Virus record (IMG/VR): IMGVR_UViG_3300032268_000694
Coordinates: 1-64,000 of that record
Length of the DNA: 64,000 nucleotides
From: a virus
Strand: one strand, 5' to 3'
Below, piece by piece: positions 58,063 through 64,000 of the stretch (the first letter of the stretch is position 1; every line of letters starts with the position of its first letter). The translations under genes were made by a program, and so were the position numbers. The notes beneath the pieces are model-generated. The model saw only the letters and a list, made by a program, of their open reading frames with translations. It did no database searches and had not been told where the DNA came from.

Positions 58063-58977
58063 ATGGCAGTTAACATTAAATTAAAACGTAGTAACGTTGC
58101 AGGGACTATCCCTAGTCCAGCTTCATTAGATTTAGGTGAATTAGCGCTTAATACCGCTGATGGTAAAGCCTTCATGAAAAAAAGTGATGGTAATGTAGTA
58201 GAAATAGGGTCATCACCATCTTCTTCAATTTCTGCCTCTTACGCTAATACTGCGGGATTCGCCATAACTGCTGGATCTGCTAGTTATTCTAATATATCAA
58301 CAACATCTTCCTATTCATTAGTTGCTGTTTCTTCCTCATATGCTTTAACCGCATCTTTTACCCCAGGATCAGGTACAGCTATTAGTTCATCTTATGCTGC
58401 AACAGCCTCATCTGCTGATAATTTCTTAGTAAGAGGTACATTAACTGCCCAAACTATTGTTGCTCAATATATTACTTCTTCAACAAGCTTTATTACTGGT
58501 TCTACTAAGTTTGGAACCTTATCTTCAAATACTCATGAATTCACAGGTAGTGTTTCCATTAGTGGATCCTTATCCGTTAGCGGCTCTAATGTAATTTTAT
58601 CCAATCAGACATCTTCAATGTCTGTTGCTACAGCATCTTTTGCTACAACTGCATCTTATGTCAATGGATTAAACCTAGCCGCAATTACAACAGGTAGTAT
58701 TTTTGCCGGTGTTGATGTTAACATTAACAGTTTATTCTTAATAAAATCAGGCAGTTCTACATACTTTAACATAGCTAGTAATAGTAATACTACAGTATCT
58801 AGTGACTTATTTATAATTAAAAACTTTACAACCCAACAACCAGTATTAACAGTAAGCCAAAGTATAGTACAATTTGCAACCCAATCATTAGATCCTACAG
58901 GAACAACAACTGCAGGAAGCATTTGGTTTACTTCTTCATCAATGTATATTGGCCTTGAAGAATTTAATATTTATTAA
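58063..58977 (+). CDS. Tail fibre/appendage protein
   Basis: IKLKRS...P..LDLGELALNTADGK anchor domain; SASYA repeats. Confidence 0.75.
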   Translation: MAVNIKLKRSNVAGTIPSPASLDLGELALNTADGKAFMKKSDGNVVEIGSSPSSSISASYANTAGFAITAGSASYSNISTTSSYSLVAVSSSYALTASFTPGSGTAISSSYAATASSADNFLVRGTLTAQTIVAQYITSSTSFITGSTKFGTLSSNTHEFTGSVSISGSLSVSGSNVILSNQTSSMSVATASFATTASYVNGLNLAAITTGSIFAGVDVNINSLFLIKSGSSTYFNIASNSNTTVSSDLFIIKNFTTQQPVLTVSQSIVQFATQSLDPTGTTTAGSIWFTSSSMYIGLEEFNIY

Positions 58978-59004
58978 TATAACCATAAAACAAACAATAA
59001 TATA

Positions 59005-60264
59005 ATGGCAACTTGGAAAAAAGTCATAGTCTCTGGTAGTAATGCCGAACTTAATCAATTGAATGTTGGAAGCACCCAACAAATATCTATTACACCATCA
59101 TCTACTTTTTTATCAGGTTCATTTAGTGGATCTTTTAATGGAGCACTTAAATCACAACTTGCTAATGCAACTCAACCTAATATTGTTGGATATGATGTAT
59201 CAACTGGTACATTTACCTATCAAGGAACTGGATCATTCGTAGCAACTAGTGCCTCATATGCGGCTAATGCTGACTTGTTGGATGGATTAGATTCAAGTGC
59301 TTTTACATCTACTGGCTCTTTTCAATCATTTACAAGTTCAATTAACACAACAACAGCATCTTTTGCTTTAAGATTAGGAAGTTTAGAATCAGCAACTTCA
59401 TCACTATTTAGTGCTACTGCTTCATTAAATAACTATACTGCATCTCAAAATATATTAAATGGTACCTTTGCAACTACAGGTTCGAATAATTTTATAGGTA
59501 ATCAGACAATAACTGGTAGTTTTTCAATATCCGGTTCATTATCAGTTAATAATTCTAATGTAATATTAACTAATCAGACATCTTCAATGTCTGTTGCAAC
59601 AGCTTCATTTGCATCAACTGCAGCTCAAGTTAATAATGCTTTATCCTTTGGTACAGGTTTAACAGGAGGATCTTATAATGGTTCTACTGCTGTAACAACT
59701 GCTATCTCGGGTGCTGCTGCCTTATCATCTAATGTTCTTACTAAATGGACTGGTACTGGATTAGCTAATAGTAATATTACAGATACTGGTACTCAAGTAC
59801 AAATTGGATCTGGTGCCTCTGGTGGTGTGTCAGTTGCTGCGGGTGGTATTAACGTAACAGGTAACTCAATATTTAATAGTAATTTAACGATAAGTGGTGA
59901 CTTAACAGTAGCAGGTACTGCTTCTTTTACTAATACTGATAACTTAACTATTAAAGATAAATTTATATTAATTAATAGTGGTTCATCAACATTAGCAGAT
60001 TCAGGATGGATTACTCAATATAATGCTGCTGGTTCTGGCTCTGCTTTTTATTTAGAGGCTGCTTCAACTGGTGATTATGGTCGTTTTGCAGTAGCTTATG
60101 ATGTTATAGGAACATCAACTGCCTTAACAGTAGATCAATTTGTAGTAACTGCTAAAACAGCAGCTGGTGCCCCATCAGCAGATCCAACTTGGGGTGGTGC
60201 TACAAATGGATATGGTAATATGTTTATTAATAGCTCAAATGGTGACATATATATCTATTCATAA
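59005..60264 (+). CDS. Tail fibre/appendage protein
   Basis: MATWKKVIVSGS; ADLLDGLDS; TGS/SGS repeats. Confidence 0.75.
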   Translation: MATWKKVIVSGSNAELNQLNVGSTQQISITPSSTFLSGSFSGSFNGALKSQLANATQPNIVGYDVSTGTFTYQGTGSFVATSASYAANADLLDGLDSSAFTSTGSFQSFTSSINTTTASFALRLGSLESATSSLFSATASLNNYTASQNILNGTFATTGSNNFIGNQTITGSFSISGSLSVNNSNVILTNQTSSMSVATASFASTAAQVNNALSFGTGLTGGSYNGSTAVTTAISGAAALSSNVLTKWTGTGLANSNITDTGTQVQIGSGASGGVSVAAGGINVTGNSIFNSNLTISGDLTVAGTASFTNTDNLTIKDKFILINSGSSTLADSGWITQYNAAGSGSAFYLEAASTGDYGRFAVAYDVIGTSTALTVDQFVVTAKTAAGAPSADPTWGGATNGYGNMFINSSNGDIYIYS

Positions 60265-60282
60265 AAAAAACTAAAACTAGTT

Positions 60283-60489
60283 ATGGCTTTTACATCAAAT
60301 CAATTAGTTGTAAATAATATTCCAACACAAAATAACCAGCCAACTCCAGACATTAATCAATTAAGTGTCCAGGAGTTGGCTTTTTTGCTTGATATTATAA
60401 GAAAATCATCTTTCCTTGGAGAACACATAGAGTTTGCGTATAATACTGTTGTTAAACTACAGAATCAATATTTACAACAAACTAAATAA
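60283..60489 (+). CDS. Small helical protein (possible fibre chaperone)
   Basis: Follows a fibre gene; paralog-like with the next gene (EL.F...L..I.G...KL). Confidence 0.65.
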   Translation: MAFTSNQLVVNNIPTQNNQPTPDINQLSVQELAFLLDIIRKSSFLGEHIEFAYNTVVKLQNQYLQQTK

Positions 60490-60491
60490 CA

Positions 60492-60725
60492 ATGGATTTA
60501 TTTTCCTTAGATTTTACTCCAAATGAATTAAATTTCATTAGACAATCTCTTGACTTAGTAACTATAAAAGGCACTGATGCTAAATTTCTAGCAGATCTTC
60601 AACTTAAGATTGAAAACGAATTAATTGAAATTCAACGTCTTATTCAACAAGAACAGCAACAAAAAGAGGATATATTAAAGCAAATCATTGCTGATGATAC
60701 ACCACCTTTACCATCTAAGAAATAA
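60492..60725 (+). CDS. Small helical protein (possible fibre chaperone)
   Basis: ELNFIRQSLDLVTIKGTDAKFLADLQLKIE. Confidence 0.65.
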   Translation: MDLFSLDFTPNELNFIRQSLDLVTIKGTDAKFLADLQLKIENELIEIQRLIQQEQQQKEDILKQIIADDTPPLPSKK

Positions 60726-60748
60726 TTTTAGTATATTTATACTAAACA

Positions 60749-60813
60749 TACTGTAGGCCATAATAAGGAAGTAGGCATATACACGGCATAAGTGTATGTA
60801 TCTAACCACAGTA
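60749..60813 (+). ncRNA. Candidate structured 5' leader RNA (three-way junction)
   Basis: TACTGT/ACAGTA closing stem, CC-ATAATAA-GG and ATATACAC/GTGTATGT arms; between the late motif and ATG 60828. Confidence 0.45.
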
Positions 60814-60827
60814 GCAAAATATATACA

Positions 60828-62177
60828 ATGCCCAATTGGAAAAAAGTCATCGTTTCTGGCTCGGATGCTAGTCTGAATTCCCTAAATGTATCTAATGGAA
60901 TTACTCTAACAGGATCTTTAGGAATAAGTGGATCTACTGGCACTTTACTTTCAGCCAATGTTGATACTATTATATTTACAGGCTCAGCAGCAATATCAGG
61001 TACACTAAATGTTACAAATGGCATAACAGGCTCATTATTAGGAACTGCTTCATTTTCTCAAACAGCATCTTATTGGAGTGGATCTATTAATAATGCATTA
61101 AGTGCATCATTTGCATCAACTGCTTCATTTGTAGCAAATGCTCAAACAGCATCTTTTGTTAATAATGCAGTTTCATCATCATATGCTCTAACAGCTTCGT
61201 TTGCATTAAATGCAGGAGGAGGAGGAGGAACAACAAGCACTTTTCCTTATATCCACCCCACGACAATAACAGGAAGTATTTCAATTCCTGATAATCATAA
61301 TGGATTGTTAATGAGTCCTGTCTCAATATCCGGAAGTGTTACTATTATGTCTGGGTCTAGTTTATTAACTATAGGTCCTATTACTGGTAGTGTAAGTTCT
61401 TCATTTGCATCAACATCTTCATACTCAAACAACATAATAGGAGCTGCAAATTACATTCCTAAATTTACCGGAGGTAATACATTAAGTAGCAGCATAATGT
61501 ATCAAAACAACAATGGAATAGGTGTAAATGATACTTCGCCTACACACCGATTCCAGGTAAATGGAGATATATCCACCTACAATAGTAGCAATACATTAAA
61601 TTTAACAAAATATTCTTTAATAGGAGGCCTTAATTCTACAGTAACAGGCAGTGAAACAAATCAATATGCTAATACTGGTATATATGGTTCATTAGGACAT
61701 TCAGCAACTACAGGAACATTCACACCACAGGATAATTCATTTGTAAGTGCATTTTTTGGTCAGTTTTCTAAAAGTGGAGGTGGAAATGTTTCTGGTAAAG
61801 TATCCTCATATGCAGCCATATCTAACCTTGCTGGTTCTGGTAGCGTAACAACAATATCTGGGTTTAGAGCTTATGCTCCACTTCAATCATTTGCTTTACC
61901 ATCATTTACTGGTACTGTAACAAATTATATTGGTTTATTAATAGATGATATTACTGGAACTACAGATGTAGGTTCTCGAATTACTAACAAATACGGTATT
62001 TACCAAACAGGTATTTCTGATAAAAACTACCTTGCAGGTTCTACTACGATTAATAACGTATTACAGCTAGGACAACAACACCCACTACCATCAGGTTCTG
62101 ATGGACAATTAGCAGTTTCCGCTTCTAATTTGTATTTCTTCTCTGGCAGTGCATGGAATAAAATATCATTTGCATAA
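60828..62177 (+). CDS. Tail fibre/appendage protein
   Basis: MPNWKKVIVSGS (shared with 59005); TASFA repeats; IGVNDTSPTHRFQVNG fibre repeat. Confidence 0.78.
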   Translation: MPNWKKVIVSGSDASLNSLNVSNGITLTGSLGISGSTGTLLSANVDTIIFTGSAAISGTLNVTNGITGSLLGTASFSQTASYWSGSINNALSASFASTASFVANAQTASFVNNAVSSSYALTASFALNAGGGGGTTSTFPYIHPTTITGSISIPDNHNGLLMSPVSISGSVTIMSGSSLLTIGPITGSVSSSFASTSSYSNNIIGAANYIPKFTGGNTLSSSIMYQNNNGIGVNDTSPTHRFQVNGDISTYNSSNTLNLTKYSLIGGLNSTVTGSETNQYANTGIYGSLGHSATTGTFTPQDNSFVSAFFGQFSKSGGGNVSGKVSSYAAISNLAGSGSVTTISGFRAYAPLQSFALPSFTGTVTNYIGLLIDDITGTTDVGSRITNKYGIYQTGISDKNYLAGSTTINNVLQLGQQHPLPSGSDGQLAVSASNLYFFSGSAWNKISFA

Positions 62178-62280
62178 AAATAAATAAAATAACAAAACAA
62201 ATCACAAATATAAAATATCCTAAAAATAATATCAATATTTTTAATATTTATTACAGTAATATACAAACAATTTAGCAAAT

Positions 62281-64000
62281 ATGAGCACTATCTATGTAGA
62301 TAATATACTTCCGTACTCTGGTAATTCGGTATTCATTAGTGGTAGCGTTAGTTCTTTAACAGCATCTTTTGCAGAAACTGCATCATTTGCTCCTGATTAT
62401 ACATTATCATCGTCTTTTTTAAATTATACAGGTTCAACCAATACTCGTATAAGCAATTTAGAAGCATTTAGCTCATCTCTAGATGCAGCATTTGCAACGG
62501 ATGCACAATTAAACACGGCAACTGCTTCTTTAAGCGGATCCATAAGTGCATTATCAAGTAGTTTTTTATCATATACGTCATCTCAAAAGGCTATAAATAA
62601 TACTTTAGCAACAACTGGTTCAAACTCTTTTATTGGTAGTCAAAACGTAACTGGTTCTATTAATATAAGTGGTAGTATAGTTGTAACAGATACAATAACT
62701 GCTCAAAAGTTAGTAGTACAAACTATTACTTCATCTGTTAATTTTGTTACTGGATCTACTAAGTTTGGAACAATAGTTTCAAATACTCATGACTTTACAG
62801 GAAGCGTCTCAGTATCAGGATCATTAGCAGTAAACGGCTCTAATGTAATTTTAACTAATCAAACATCTTCAATATCTGCAGCTACAGCTTCATTCGCATC
62901 AACTGCTTCTCTTGCCTTAACAGCATCATATATTTTAAATGCCGTAAGTGCCTCGTATGCTATGTCATCATCATTTGCAACTTCAGCTTCTTATGCTGAA
63001 AGTGCTTCATACGCCCTATCATCCTCAGCAGCAGTTTCATCATCATATGCCATAAGTGCTTCATACGCCCTATCATCCTCAGCAGCAGTTTCATCATCAT
63101 ATGCCATAAGTGCTTCATACGCCCTATCATCCTCAGCAGCAGTTTCAGCATCTTATGCTGATAGTGCTTCATACGCTATGTCATCCTCAGTAGCAGTTTC
63201 AGCATCTTACGCTACAACCGCATCTTATGCTGATAGTGCTTCATACGCTATGTCATCCTCAGTAGCAGTTTCAGCATCTTACGCTACAACCGCATCTTAT
63301 GCTGATAGTGCTTCAATAGCAGTTTCATCTTCTCAATCATTAACTGCTTCACATTTAACTCCTGTAACTAATTTATATGTAAATGAAATTTATCCTACTA
63401 CTGGAAATTCTGCAAATCGTATTTTTACAGAAAATCAAAATACAGGATTTGGAGGAATAGGAGATACAGTAATATATACTAGTCTTTTTGATATTAATCT
63501 TTACCCGGGTGCTGGTACTAGAGCAGTAAAAGTAACGGGATCATTGGGTGTAAGTAATGGAATTACAGGATCATTATTTGGAACAGCATCATTTGCATCA
63601 TTTGCTCCAAGTGCATCTTTTGCTGATAATGCTAATTTATTAAATGGATTAGATAGTAGTACTTTTGCATCTACTGCTTCATTCCAAAACTATACCTCAT
63701 CTACTGATGCTAATATTAGTTCAATTAATACTGCAACAGCCTCATTAAATGCAAGCGTTGCTAGTTTAAATGCTCAAACCTCATCATTATTATCTTATAC
63801 TGCATCATTAAATGGATTTAGTGCCTCAATACTATCATATACTTCTTCTCAAAATATATTAAATGGTACTTTTGCAACAACAGGCTCTAATACTTTTACA
63901 GGAATACAAACAATTAATAATAATTTACAAGTTACCGGTTCAATAAGTGTAACTAGTAATATTACAGCTATTGGTACTATAACTGCACAAACATTAGTAG
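62281..64000 (+). CDS. Long Ser/Ala/Thr-rich tail fibre protein (partial; runs off the window, absent from ORF track)
   Basis: MSTIYVDNILPYSGNSV...; late motif at 62244; hexapeptide SASYA repeats; shares modules with the 58063 and 59005 genes. Confidence 0.8.
   Translation, partial: MSTIYVDNILPYSGNSVFISGSVSSLTASFAETASFAPDYTLSSSFLNYTGSTNTRISNLEAFSSSLDAAFATDAQLNTATASLSGSISALSSSFLSYTSSQKAINNTLATTGSNSFIGSQNVTGSINISGSIVVTDTITAQKLVVQTITSSVNFVTGSTKFGTIVSNTHDFTGSVSVSGSLAVNGSNVILTNQTSSISAATASFASTASLALTASYILNAVSASYAMSSSFATSASYAESASYALSSSAAVSSSYAISASYALSSSAAVSSSYAISASYALSSSAAVSASYADSASYAMSSSVAVSASYATTASYADSASYAMSSSVAVSASYATTASYADSASIAVSSSQSLTASHLTPVTNLYVNEIYPTTGNSANRIFTENQNTGFGGIGDTVIYTSLFDINLYPGAGTRAVKVTGSLGVSNGITGSLFGTASFASFAPSASFADNANLLNGLDSSTFASTASFQNYTSSTDANISSINTATASLNASVASLNAQTSSLLSYTASLNGFSASILSYTSSQNILNGTFATTGSNTFTGIQTINNNLQVTGSISVTSNITAIGTITAQTLV
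63001..63315 (+). repeat. Coding tandem repeats (54-bp and 72-bp units)
   Basis: 54-bp unit at 63001, 63055 and 63109 (partial); 72-bp unit at 63148, 63220 and 63292 (partial); all multiples of 18 bp. Confidence 0.93.

Larger units (their letters stand above)
2318..62251 (+). promoter_or_regulatory. Recurrent late-promoter motif ATATTTAT upstream of structural/late genes
   Basis: At 2318, 3205, 4531, 7356, 10611, 16470, 22011, 24552, 26292, 30805, 32742, 34205, 37398, 39887, 41749, 43348, 45258, 49937, 53492, 57996, 58967, 60733 and 62244, at gene boundaries and usually within about 40 nt of a start codon. Confidence 0.85.

Noticed and set aside
895-63172. All minus-strand ORFs in the track (e.g. 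2588-2962, 18992-19246, 50167-50763, 62960-63172)
   Set aside because: They are antisense shadows of plus-strand genes or repeats, with no recognisable motifs, leaders or promoters
63001-63315. Tandem repeats as a CRISPR array or DGR template/variable pair
   Set aside because: Head-to-tail in-frame coding repeats without unique spacers; no adenine-specific mismatch pattern and no reverse transcriptase in the window
1-64000. Stop-codon reassignment
   Set aside because: Standard code gives dense full-length genes, and TAG and TGA both end genes at sensible boundaries
1-64000. tRNA or rRNA genes
   Set aside because: No cloverleaf with a T-loop consensus was seen in the few intergenic gaps; tRNAscan-SE would confirm

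Overview
This 64-kb window is an AT-rich, almost entirely plus-strand segment of a large T4-like (contractile-tailed) phage genome. The host is probably Bacteroidota, inferred from TAnnTTTG-like promoters, near absence of Shine-Dalgarno sites and D-S/T-hydrophobic sequons in an exported protein. From 1 to 2.3 kb there is an array of small early-type genes, each with a repeated promoter. Next come a gp55-like sigma factor and a baseplate module with a GH19 endolysin (3.7-18 kb). A mucin-like virion gene and three glycosyltransferases sit inside a split structural gene (18-22.3 kb), followed by GIY-YIG, primase and exonuclease genes and a GT2/LpxH-like cassette. A block from 26 to 41 kb encodes proteins sharing a short N-terminal leader that ends in L-x-E. 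The window ends with terminase, portal, prohead protease, scaffold, major capsid, PhoH, neck and Ser/Thr-rich fibre genes. The two strongest candidates for undescribed systems are (1) a phage-encoded O-glycosylation pathway (GT95/96-like, ABO-type GT6, GT25-like) beside a Thr-rich mucin-like virion protein, and (2) a modular capsid-targeting leader and protease-cleavage system that would load diverse enzymes into the head. All family calls come from motif recognition by eye; no database searches were run.
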